The notes: generated by a model not told the origin, from the sequence alone. Positions 27,521 to 39,853 are shown, counted from the stretch's first letter. The stretch is 44,194 bases of DNA from Gammaproteobacteria bacterium (GCA_963581225.1 CAUZMW010000003.1:1-44194), one strand, 5' to 3'. Program-made: numbers and translations.

Positions 27521-29040
27521 TGCAGCACCCGAATATCTTCGTTCAGAATTTCGCCGTCTACATTGTAATGCCGTACCTGCAACGTAGGCGTGCCATCGCG
27601 GCGCTCGGCCGTAACGGCGACGAAGCCGCCGACCACGTTCAGGTAGCGATGCTCCGGGCGAACGTCGTCGTTACGCCAGCCGCGCGCATGCGCATCGCTG
27701 ACCGGCCCGGTCGCGTACTCACGCAAGCCGGTCTCGGCATCCTCGATGACATACTGATAATGACGATCGCCACAGATCACGATCATGTTGTCCTGCGAGG
27801 CGAGAAACTCACGAATCTCCTCACCCTCGTGATAGAAGCCGTCGCGATTCGTATGATTGTCGATCTCGCCCTCGTTGTAAGGGCCGAGCACCGGCGTCGG
27901 GCTGATCAGAACACGGAACGTCGCGTCAGAAGCCTCGACTGAATTCATGAACCAGGCTTTCTGTTCGGCACCCCACATGGTCTTCTCCGGGCCATCCGGA
28001 TCGGTATTAGCGCTGCGAAAGTCGCGGTTCTCTACCATCCAGATCTGTAGATCCTGGCCCCAACGAACAGTTCGATAAGTCGATGCGCCCATCGGTACCT
28101 GCTCGAGAAACACCGCCTGTCCCTGCGCGAACGTGAACTCGCCCATGAACTCGCTTACCATGCTCGGCCAGCTATCGTTGGACAACGTATCGTGGTCGTC
28201 CTTCATGAAGTAGCTCGGGACGACGCGGTGAAACTCAAAGTTTGTCGGCAGGCTGAACATGCGCGCCCATCCCCAGCGCGCGAGCTCGAGCGTCTTCGCC
28301 CACTGATCGTAGTAAAGAATATCGCCGGTGTGGACAAAGAAGTCCGGTTCCAGTTCGAGAATGGCCGGATACATCTTGTAGCCACCGCCTGGCGCGTCCT
28401 GGTCGGGGTAGGCCTGGCCGGTGGTGGCGGCGAAGACGACGCGCGCCGGCTCGTCGGGCGGTGGCGCGGTTCGGAACCGGCCGCTCAAGACTGAACCGAT
28501 CGGCTCGCCGCCGATCTGACGGGCCTCGACTCGCAGCTCGTAATCGGTCGAAGCCTCGAGACCGGACAACGAGAACTGCCGCGTAAAATCCTGTTCCGGA
28601 TCGACTACGGCCCACCCGCTCGAGCGCCAGTCGTTCTCGCCGCTGATGCGATAGCGGACCCGCGCTTCGCCAGACGATCCCGGCACGGCGCCCTCGATGT
28701 TCTCGATCGTCGCACCGTCCGGATACTCGACTACCGGCACCCAGTCGGCGGGCGTCGCCGGCCAGCGCGGATCCTGAACGAGTTCGCCCGTCTCCGGGTG
28801 GATGTACAAGGTGTCGGGTATCGGCGCGTCACCGCCGACTCGCTTCGTTGCCGCAGTCAGCCGGGTCCAGATAATGGCCGAGGTGTCGCTGACCTCGCCG
28901 ATCTTGATGCCGGTGGCCTGAAACGGTCCGGGCGAATACGAACCGCCACAGTCGGCAAGCAGGACCAAGGCCGTGACGAAGAATACCTTCAACACGTGCC
29001 GCAGATTAGATGTTCGGTTCAACTGATTATTCCTTTCCAT
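27517..29040 (-). CDS. phoD: PhoD-like metallophosphatase (copy 2)
   Basis: GEVSDTSAIIWTR, HTGDILYYD, KDDHD, CGDRH; collinear with copy 1. Confidence 0.88.
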   Translation of the reverse strand: MERNNQLNRTSNLRHVLKVFFVTALVLLADCGGSYSPGPFQATGIKIGEVSDTSAIIWTRLTAATKRVGGDAPIPDTLYIHPETGELVQDPRWPATPADWVPVVEYPDGATIENIEGAVPGSSGEARVRYRISGENDWRSSGWAVVDPEQDFTRQFSLSGLEASTDYELRVEARQIGGEPIGSVLSGRFRTAPPPDEPARVVFAATTGQAYPDQDAPGGGYKMYPAILELEPDFFVHTGDILYYDQWAKTLELARWGWARMFSLPTNFEFHRVVPSYFMKDDHDTLSNDSWPSMVSEFMGEFTFAQGQAVFLEQVPMGASTYRTVRWGQDLQIWMVENRDFRSANTDPDGPEKTMWGAEQKAWFMNSVEASDATFRVLISPTPVLGPYNEGEIDNHTNRDGFYHEGEEIREFLASQDNMIVICGDRHYQYVIEDAETGLREYATGPVSDAHARGWRNDDVRPEHRYLNVVGGFVAVTAERRDGTPTLQVRHYNVDGEILNEDIRVLQ

Positions 29041-29050
29041 CGATCGAAGT

Positions 29051-31123
29051 TTAGAACACCCAGGAGAATTTGGTGAAGAAAGTGTCGCCCTGCTCCGACT
29101 CCTGACCCTGCTCTGACGTGCCGCGCTGGTAAGCGATCTGAAGCGAACCGAATGGCGGCTTGAATCTCCACACCCATTGCACCTGGACGTTCTCCTTGTC
29201 GATCGCGGAGTTGGTCTGCACGAATAATTTCAGAAACAGGTCCGGATTGAACGAATACAGAACCTCCAGGACATGAATCGTCGTCGTCTCGTTCTCCAGG
29301 TCGGGCTCCAGTTCGAGGCGGGTCAGGTCATACGAGAATCGCCAGCGGTCACCGAACGGCCATTCCACGGTAGCACCATAAAGCGTCAAGTCATTGTCGA
29401 AGTTATAGCCACTGCCGGCGTAAGCCGAAACCAAGCGACCATCACGACTGTCCCACGTGGCAGTCAAGACGGTACGGTCATTGTCAAACTCCTTTTCGAA
29501 CAACTTGAACTCGTCTCGATATTGCAGAGCAACTTCCCAGCCGTTGCGAAAGACGACGTCCACGTTCGCGCTGAGGGCCGTGCTTCGCAACACGCCCTCC
29601 TGACTCCGGTAACGATTGTAGTTAACTCTGGGGCGCACATTTTCGATTGGACCGTCATCCAACCAGAACGTGTGACTGGCGTTGGTATCGAACTCTTTGC
29701 GATCATCGTCCGTGAAAAATCCGACCGCGTTGATACCCTCCATGACGTTCTCGTCGATATAGCCATAACGAACGTGGAAATGGCTCGTGGACGTGTCCCA
29801 CGAGGGCCGGAGGAACCACGCGAGCCCGCCGTCGGCGGTTGGGCCGTGCACTCGCATCAGTTGTCCGATCATGCTCACCGTGTCGGTGAAATACGCCGTC
29901 GTGTCGAGCCCGATGGAGCCCGCGTTCTCGCCCTGGAAATCGCGGGTCGCGGCAAGCAGGCCGATGTTCGAGCCGCGAGCGAGGCCGTGCTGCAGGCGTA
30001 TGACCGCGTAGTCCGCAGTCGCTTCGCCGAGAGCGTCTTCGAGCATGCGGTCCTCCGACGTGACAATCGCGGAAAAGTCCGTATCGCCGAGCTTGCCGCT
30101 CGCCTTGGCGCCCCAGGTGATATCGCCGATCCGCCGGCTATAAAACTGCCGGAAGCGCTGATTGAACATCTCACTCCCTTCGAGGAAGAAGGGTCGTTTC
30201 TCCGGGACGCGAAACTCAAATCGGGTCAGATTGATTTCTTCCACATCGGCTTCGATGAGCGCGAAATCGGGATTGATCGCGAGGTCGACCCCAAGCCGGC
30301 TCGATGGCCGCCAGCGAACATCGAGCCCCGCTTCGTAGTCCGGATTCTTGTCCGCCTCGACTGCGGCGAGCGCATAGGGGATCACGTCCCACTGATCGGT
30401 TTCCTCGGGAGATAGAGACACATCAATTCCATTCAGCTCACCAAAGCTCGTGACCCGCCAGATCGTTTCGCCCGGGCCCGACCACAGAGACGTCTCGAGC
30501 CGACGGGGCATCGTGCGGATGAAATTCACACCCCAGGTCACTTCGGATTCGGCGGAGTATCTGAGTATGGAAAACGGGATCTCGAACTCCGCCGTCCAGC
30601 GATCCTCGCCGCGCGTCGCGGCGGACAACCAGGCTGCATCCCATTGCTGGTCCACGACTCGCCCGTTGTCCGCGATGCGGCTGTCCCCCTGGGTCGCCAG
30701 CGCGTTGGTACGAAACGCGTACGCCGTTCGGTTGTCGCCGAACGAATCAAGAGCCACGGTGACGGAATCGTCCGCGTCCAGCCGACCGTCGCGAGTGGCG
30801 ATGGCCGCCGCAAGACGAGACGGGTCCGGATCGAATGACTCGAAGGCGATGTACAGCGCCGTTTCTGTCTGGCCGACGCGAACAACGGTCCGATATGGCG
30901 ACGCAATACCAAAGTCCGGCGCGAACTGCACGAAAGCCTGGTCGATGAACCCGGCACCGGCCCACTCCAACTCATCGATCATGCCGTCGATCGTCGGCGC
31001 CTGCTCGAGGAACGCGACATCTACCGCCTGCTGGGCCGAAGCAAGCGGCGGGAACAGGCAGGAGACCAGGGAGCCGACATACGCTGCCCGAACGACGCCA
31101 CGTATCTCGATCGACTCCAGCAA
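29051..31123 (-). CDS. Exported CBM9-like/DUF5916 protein, probable outer-membrane beta-barrel
   Basis: Signal peptide ASA-QQ; PTIDG..DE.EW, WTAEFEIPF, NPDF...EAD, PEKRPFFLE; terminal aromatic FSWVF. Confidence 0.75.
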   Translation of the reverse strand: MLESIEIRGVVRAAYVGSLVSCLFPPLASAQQAVDVAFLEQAPTIDGMIDELEWAGAGFIDQAFVQFAPDFGIASPYRTVVRVGQTETALYIAFESFDPDPSRLAAAIATRDGRLDADDSVTVALDSFGDNRTAYAFRTNALATQGDSRIADNGRVVDQQWDAAWLSAATRGEDRWTAEFEIPFSILRYSAESEVTWGVNFIRTMPRRLETSLWSGPGETIWRVTSFGELNGIDVSLSPEETDQWDVIPYALAAVEADKNPDYEAGLDVRWRPSSRLGVDLAINPDFALIEADVEEINLTRFEFRVPEKRPFFLEGSEMFNQRFRQFYSRRIGDITWGAKASGKLGDTDFSAIVTSEDRMLEDALGEATADYAVIRLQHGLARGSNIGLLAATRDFQGENAGSIGLDTTAYFTDTVSMIGQLMRVHGPTADGGLAWFLRPSWDTSTSHFHVRYGYIDENVMEGINAVGFFTDDDRKEFDTNASHTFWLDDGPIENVRPRVNYNRYRSQEGVLRSTALSANVDVVFRNGWEVALQYRDEFKLFEKEFDNDRTVLTATWDSRDGRLVSAYAGSGYNFDNDLTLYGATVEWPFGDRWRFSYDLTRLELEPDLENETTTIHVLEVLYSFNPDLFLKLFVQTNSAIDKENVQVQWVWRFKPPFGSLQIAYQRGTSEQGQESEQGDTFFTKFSWVF

Positions 31124-31290
31124 CGATTCATCCCCTCGATTCCGTTGTTATGACTTGAATTCTACCGCTGAACGGTGTCGGATCTGACGGCGGAACAGCT
31201 GCGCCTCTATAAATCATTTGTCGCCGTGCTCTTTGGCGCTGACTGAGAGGGCATAATAGCGCTACAAACGAATAACAATTGGGGAAAACC

Positions 31291-32328
31291 ATGGGACGTA
31301 CTCCTTTCGCTCCGGCTGCCGGACTCATCTCGACCATTCGCACAAGCTGCTCGTGTGCCCTGATCGTTATGCTCGGGCTGGCGCCTGCTACAACCGTCTT
31401 CGCACAGAACACCGCCGAAGACGCGCCGTCGTGGACGTAGCCGGAATCGCACCGGTTATACGCGCGTCAATGGCGCGAAGCCGTCGAGCGGGCCCGTGCC
31501 GGACCACGACTCCTATCCGACTCCTGGCCGGGGGGACGGAAAGTCGCTGTGACGCTCTCCTTCGACATGGATACGGAGACACTGCTCCTCAGAGACAGCA
31601 ACACGTCGCCATCGCGGCTCTCGACGGGGCAGTACGGCGCGCGCGCCGGCGTGCCGCGAATCCTCGATCTGCTCGCGCGTTACGGCATCCGGTCCACGTT
31701 CTTCATTCCAGCCGTGAGCGCTTTGCTCTACCCCGACGAGGTCAGGGCGATCACCGCAGCCGGACACGAGATCGGCGTCCATGGCTGGATTCAGGAGCAC
31801 ACGTCGAGACTCGGGAGAGATGACGAACGGATGCTCATGCTACGTTCGCTAGATACGCTTGAGGAACTCTCCGGCCGCCGCCCGGTCAGCATTCGCACGG
31901 GGTCGTGGGAGTACAGCCACAACACGGCTGAACTCATCGCCGAACTCGGCCTGCTTTACGACAGCAGCCTGATGGCCGACGACATGCCCTACGAGCTGCT
32001 GTCGAACGGCGAACCCACGGACGTCGTCGAGCTGCCCGTCGAGTGGATACTCGACGACTATCCCTACTTCGGCATGACCCGCGATGCCGACATCCGCCCC
32101 TACACGCCGCCGACCGACGTCTACGACATCTGGACCCGCGAGTTCGACGTAGGCTACGAGGAGGGCAGCATGTTTCTGTTAACGATGCATCCGCAGATCA
32201 TCGGCCACCGCTCGCGGATCACGATGCTCGAAGAGCTGATTCAGTACATGCGCTCGAAGCCCGGTGTCTGGTTCGCGACGCATGAGGACGTCGCGCGTCA
32301 CGCCAAAAAGTACGGCGGCAGCAACTGA
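31291..32328 (+). pseudogene. Polysaccharide deacetylase (CE4, PuuE/PgdA-like) with in-frame TAG at 31438-31440
   Basis: ATG 31291 opens a signal-peptide-like stretch in frame with WPGGRKVAVTLSFDMD, STFFIPA, HEIGVHGWIQE, YDSSLM and TMHPQIIG; a restart at GTG 31549 is possible. Confidence 0.72.
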
Positions 32329-33626
32329 TGCGCTCCATCGCCGCACTGCTGCTGTTCGGACTCGCGGCCGGCACGCAGGCGCAACTCAATGAAGACGAGT
32401 CGGCGATGGCCGCGTGGATAGATGGCCAGACGAACGAGATAGAAGCGCTCGTCGAGCGGCTCGTGAATCTCAACAGCGGCACGATGAACCACGCGGGTGT
32501 GCGTGAGGTCGGTGCGATTCTCGGCACAGAGTTGAGCACATTGGGCTTCGAGACCGAGTGGATCGATCTGCCGGCCGAGGTCGAACGCGCCGGGCACTTA
32601 TTCGGACGCCGCGAAGGTACTCACGGCAAGCGGCTGTTGCTGATCGGGCATCTCGATACCGTGTTCGAACCGGACGATGCGTTCCAGGATTTCCTCCGTG
32701 ACGGCTCATGGGCGAGCGGCCCCGGTTCGGTCGACATGAAGTCGGGCGACGTGGTGATAATCTACGCCCTCAAGGCGCTGGCGCAGATCGGCGTATTGGA
32801 CGGCACGCAGATCGTCGTCGCCTACACCGGCGACGAGGAAAACGTCGGCTCGCCGCTCGATGTCAGCCGGGCGGATCTCGTCGAAGCCGGGCACTGGGCA
32901 GACGTCGCGCTCGGCTTCGAATACGGCGTCCGCGACGCTGAAGCGGAATGGGTAACGACGGCACGGCGCAGCTCGAGCGGCTGGCGCCTCGAGGTCACGG
33001 GCCGACAGGCGCACTCTTCCCTGGTGTTCAGCGACGACGTCGGCTCGGGCGCGATCTTCGAAGCGTCGAGAATTCTCGCCGCCTTCTACGAGAGCGTGCG
33101 CGGCGAGCGATACCTGACCTTCAACGCCGGTACGATACTCGGCGGCACCGACGTCGACTACGACTTCCAGACGACGCGCGGCGAAGCCTTCGGCAAGACC
33201 AACATCGTGCCGCGCCGCGTGGTCGCACACGGCGGCATCCGGGCCATATCGAAGGAACAGCTCGAGCGCGCCCGCGATGCGATGCGCGCTGTCGTGGCGG
33301 AGCACCTGCCGCATACCAACGCCGAGATCACGTTCACGGACCGCTACCCGGCCATGTCGCCGACGACGGGCAACGCGCAACTCCATACGATGCTGTCGGC
33401 GATCAGCGAGGAGCTAGGCGGCGGCGCGCTGCCCGCGCTCGATCCTTCGCGCAGAGGCGCGGCCGACATCTCGTTCGTCGCACCCTACACCGACGCGCTC
33501 GCCGGACTCGGGGGTCAGGGAGAAAATATGCATTCCCCGAACGAGCGGCTCGATCTCGACTCGCTGCCGACCGCGGTCAAGCGCGCGGCCATTCTGATCT
33601 ATCGGCTAACGCGCGAAGGCGCGTAA
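32328..33626 (+). CDS. Exported M20-family metallopeptidase (glutamate carboxypeptidase-like)
   Basis: Signal peptide; GHLDTVF, DMKSG, GDEE, AHS, GAAD, HSPNE. Confidence 0.9.
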   Translation: MRSIAALLLFGLAAGTQAQLNEDESAMAAWIDGQTNEIEALVERLVNLNSGTMNHAGVREVGAILGTELSTLGFETEWIDLPAEVERAGHLFGRREGTHGKRLLLIGHLDTVFEPDDAFQDFLRDGSWASGPGSVDMKSGDVVIIYALKALAQIGVLDGTQIVVAYTGDEENVGSPLDVSRADLVEAGHWADVALGFEYGVRDAEAEWVTTARRSSSGWRLEVTGRQAHSSLVFSDDVGSGAIFEASRILAAFYESVRGERYLTFNAGTILGGTDVDYDFQTTRGEAFGKTNIVPRRVVAHGGIRAISKEQLERARDAMRAVVAEHLPHTNAEITFTDRYPAMSPTTGNAQLHTMLSAISEELGGGALPALDPSRRGAADISFVAPYTDALAGLGGQGENMHSPNERLDLDSLPTAVKRAAILIYRLTREGA

Positions 33627-33638
33627 CCGGCTGAAACG

Positions 33639-36764
<3,126 letters not shown>

Positions 36765-38021
36765 TCAGTGATCGTGTACGGCACCGGTCTTCTCGATGTC
36801 GGCTTTGAGGACATAGCTGTTCTCAGTCACATAGCGTGTGCCCGGGTCGAGGCCGCCGAGCACTTCAGCCCAATCGCCGGCCTGCCGGCCCAGGTCCAGC
36901 ATCCGAACCTCGTACTCGTCACCGATCTGCGCATAGACCACCGTGAAGTCGCGGAAACTCTGCAAGCCACTTCGTCTAACGGCGAGGGGGACTTCGTACT
37001 CGCCCACCTGAATCTCGGCCGTCACGTAGGTGCCGGGCGGCCACGCGCCATCGGTGTTATCGAGTTCGACCCGCGCGGCGACGGCCTGATTCGCGTCGGT
37101 CATGACGTTGATGTAGGAGATGGTGCCCATGACGGCCGCGCCGCCGGTCGCCGGCGCGATACTGACATTCGCGCCGAGTCTTACCCGTGCTCGGTCGCCG
37201 GGGAAGACGGCAAGCTTCACCCAAACCGATGACGTATCGATAATCGTAAACAGCGGTCTCCCCCCGGTCTGCTCGCCAGCGTGTGCGACGCGCTCCGTCA
37301 ACACGCCATCGATGGGAGCCGTGATCGAGTAGACATTCAGACTCTCGTTACTCTCCACGGTCGCGAGGGTCTGCCCCTCGGTCACGACCTCGCCCAGAAA
37401 TACGTCCACCGTCCTGATCGCCCCGTCGAAACGCGCACTGACCTGGCGGATACGCTCTGTATTCGGCACGATGTTGCCGTACACCGTCACCGTTTCCTCC
37501 AGCGTGACCGGACCCGCCAGCATCGTTTCGATCCCAAACGCCTCTGCCATCTCCGTGCTGATCTGCGTGCGTCCTTCGAAACTGTCGTACTCCCATCGAT
37601 GGCTGCCGCTGCCATAGGTCGCGTCGATGGAGACCGTGAATGAGTGGGGCTCGTAGATCACCGTATCGCCGAGCAGATAAGCTCCCTGCGGGCGGAAGCC
37701 GATCTCGTCGATGCGATTGCCGAGGCGCGTGAGCCGGACTTCGAGATCGAAATCTTCAGGTTGGAGCGATCTCCCACCGCTCGTCGCCCAGGCCCGATAC
37801 TCGGGCGGCACACCGGTTTCGAATATGGCGAGTTCGACGACGAAATCGCCGTCTCTGAGCAGGATGCCGTTATTCGGTCCTCGCTCCTGTGCTTCGTCCG
37901 CGGCCGCCTCGACCGCGGCGGCGGGCGAGCCGGGCTGCGGATCGCCGCTACAGGCGACAATCGTCGCGGTAACCAGCAGGGTTACTAACAGGCGTAAACG
38001 TGTCTTCATGACTAACCTCAT
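36765..38021 (-). CDS. czcB: RND efflux periplasmic adaptor
   Basis: Lipobox-like IVAC; ELAIFETGVPPEYR extra domain; VSARFDG, ITAPIDG, LKADIEK..A.HDH tail; ATGA overlap with czcC. Confidence 0.9.
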   Translation of the reverse strand: MRLVMKTRLRLLVTLLVTATIVACSGDPQPGSPAAAVEAAADEAQERGPNNGILLRDGDFVVELAIFETGVPPEYRAWATSGGRSLQPEDFDLEVRLTRLGNRIDEIGFRPQGAYLLGDTVIYEPHSFTVSIDATYGSGSHRWEYDSFEGRTQISTEMAEAFGIETMLAGPVTLEETVTVYGNIVPNTERIRQVSARFDGAIRTVDVFLGEVVTEGQTLATVESNESLNVYSITAPIDGVLTERVAHAGEQTGGRPLFTIIDTSSVWVKLAVFPGDRARVRLGANVSIAPATGGAAVMGTISYINVMTDANQAVAARVELDNTDGAWPPGTYVTAEIQVGEYEVPLAVRRSGLQSFRDFTVVYAQIGDEYEVRMLDLGRQAGDWAEVLGGLDPGTRYVTENSYVLKADIEKTGAVHDH

Positions 38022-39298
38022 TGTGCGCTGACCGGGGCGGCAATACCGACGCCAGTCAGCCGTTCGATCTCGATAACGACCTGGTGCGCACCGATCTTCG
38101 CTTCCAGGAGCTGATTATTCGCTGCGAGTAAGTCCGCGCGGACCGTGCTCCACTCGAAGTAGCTGTAGCGACCCAAATCGTAAGCTCTGCGTGTATCGAC
38201 GAGCGCGCTCTCGATAAGCGGTATCACATCGGCGGCGAGCCGCTCAGCGGTCTGCGTAAAGTGTCGCAGTTCCTGCCAGAGTACGAACAGCGTTGTCTTA
38301 ATCTTCACGCGCGTCGCGGCGGCTTCGGCACCGGTTCGCGCTAGATTCGCATGGGCCTCGGCGATACGCCCCTCGTTCTTGTTTCGTATCGACAACGGAA
38401 TCGAGATTCCACCGACGAGCGCGAAATCATCGTTGCGCTCGAGTCGGCGTACGCCGCCGTAGACCGTCCAACTGGGCCTTGCCTTTGCCTCGGCCAGCGC
38501 CAACTCCGCTTCGTGCACTCGCTGCTCCGTCATGTAGCGGAGCAAGTCCGAGTTTTGATCGGCACGCGCTACCAGGTTTTCAACGGGCTCGAGGACCGGC
38601 AGCACATCGAGGTCACCGCTGACCGAACCGAAAGACGGCCGCGTCTCGCCCCACTGGGCGCTCAGGCGATAAAGCGCCGACAGCAGTTCATGTTCGTAGT
38701 GTTCCTCGACCAGCTCGGCACGCGCCAGTTCCGCCTCGGCACGCGAGAGTTCCGCGTCGAGCGCCCGGCCTGCGGCGATCCGTACTCGGACGGCCTCGAT
38801 GATCTCCGCCGCGAAATTGACGCCTTCTATCGCCGTGAGCAAGCGTGCCTGATAAGCCATGCACTCGACAAAGCGGCGCGCGGTTTCAGCGGCGACGTCG
38901 AGCCGTACGATCTCCGCATCGGTTCTACTCATTGCGACGACGGCGCTAGCCGCATCGACGCGCCGCTCTCGAACACCTCGTTCGAGCACCCAACCGAGTG
39001 TCACGGTCAGATCCATCCGCTCGGTTCCCTCGAAAACGCCCGTACCGAAGGCATCTTCGACGTCGATCTCGAGCTGCGGATACGGTTTCAGATCAGCCTG
39101 TAGCAGCAGGCCCTCAGCCGCCTCGATCTGGTAACCGAATGCGATGAGGTCCGGGTTCCGGGCCATCGTTCTCGCGAGCGCCTCGGGCAAGCCGATCGCG
39201 GGGACGGTCAGCGACGACTCTTCCTGAGCCATAGCGAATGTCGCCAACATCGTTAGACAAAAACACGCGAGTATGTTGCGTGCGCGTAGATCCCACAT
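38018..39298 (-). CDS. czcC: TolC-family outer-membrane efflux protein
   Basis: Signal peptide AMA-QE; ARNPDL, ISIPL..RNKNEG, AY..GR; ATG at 39298 with GGAG 9 nt upstream. Confidence 0.9.
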   Translation of the reverse strand: MWDLRARNILACFCLTMLATFAMAQEESSLTVPAIGLPEALARTMARNPDLIAFGYQIEAAEGLLLQADLKPYPQLEIDVEDAFGTGVFEGTERMDLTVTLGWVLERGVRERRVDAASAVVAMSRTDAEIVRLDVAAETARRFVECMAYQARLLTAIEGVNFAAEIIEAVRVRIAAGRALDAELSRAEAELARAELVEEHYEHELLSALYRLSAQWGETRPSFGSVSGDLDVLPVLEPVENLVARADQNSDLLRYMTEQRVHEAELALAEAKARPSWTVYGGVRRLERNDDFALVGGISIPLSIRNKNEGRIAEAHANLARTGAEAAATRVKIKTTLFVLWQELRHFTQTAERLAADVIPLIESALVDTRRAYDLGRYSYFEWSTVRADLLAANNQLLEAKIGAHQVVIEIERLTGVGIAAPVSAQ

Positions 39299-39370
39299 CA
39301 AACGGATCTCCAATGACAAGCCAGCTTCCGCGGGCGCTGACTACGGAGCGAAGCGAAGCGAATTAGCTGA

Positions 39371-39390
39371 GAAAAGCGCCCGAAGGGCGC
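39371..39390 (-). terminator. Terminator-like hairpin between the leader ORF and czcC
   Basis: Minus strand reads GCGCCC-TTC-GGGCGC-TTTTC, starting 10 nt after the leader stop; the U-tract is short. Confidence 0.5.
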
Positions 39391-39400
39391 ACAACTGAGT

Positions 39401-39838
39401 CTAGAGACTCGATGTAATGGAGAGGCGAGGAGGCGCCCTGAGCGGTGGCCGCCAGCGTTCATGGCGACCAATAAGGCGAGGAAGCGTCGTCGTCGGCGCG
39501 ATCTTATCGGCCGGGTTAAGAACCATGAGCAGCGCGAGTCCGAGTGCAATCAGGTACAGCATCAGTTTCGACACCGCGGTACCGAGTTTCACGATGGACA
39601 CGTCGGTATCACCGGAGTGGCCTTGTTCGCCGCCATGAACGGCCTCGTGCGACGCGTCGGCAAGATCCAGATGTGTCGTGTCACCGTGATGATGGCCGCC
39701 GGCTTGCCCGTGCAAATGCGTACTCTCTGGAGTACCGACATAGCCGTGAGCGTCGACATGCATATGGAGGCCGCTCAACTGCAGAGCGATGAGGCTTACG
39801 CAGGCGGCCAACATGACTGGAGTCGATAGACGATGCAT
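39401..39838 (-). CDS. His-rich membrane leader protein with C-terminal RAPP motif (candidate arrest peptide)
   Basis: Hydrophobic N-terminus, 12 His in residues 25-74, second TM at about 92-107, RWRPPLRAPP ending at residue 137 of 145. Confidence 0.8.
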   Translation of the reverse strand: MHRLSTPVMLAACVSLIALQLSGLHMHVDAHGYVGTPESTHLHGQAGGHHHGDTTHLDLADASHEAVHGGEQGHSGDTDVSIVKLGTAVSKLMLYLIALGLALLMVLNPADKIAPTTTLPRLIGRHERWRPPLRAPPRLSITSSL

Positions 39839-39844
39839 TGGCAG

Positions 39845-39853
39845 ATTATATCA
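39845..39853 (-). promoter_or_regulatory. Extended -10 promoter (TGnTATAAT), predicting a leaderless transcript
   Basis: Minus strand TGA-TATAAT, then exactly 6 nt before the ATG at 39838; no SD sequence. Confidence 0.6.

Noticed and set aside
11006-31440. Stop-codon reassignment or readthrough (Pyl/Sec) explaining the in-frame stops
   Set aside because: The lesions use all three stops (TAA 11006, TAG 16516 and 31438, TGA 19273), one co-occurs with a frameshift, and intact genes end normally in TAG, TGA and TAA. Decay or sequence error is simpler.
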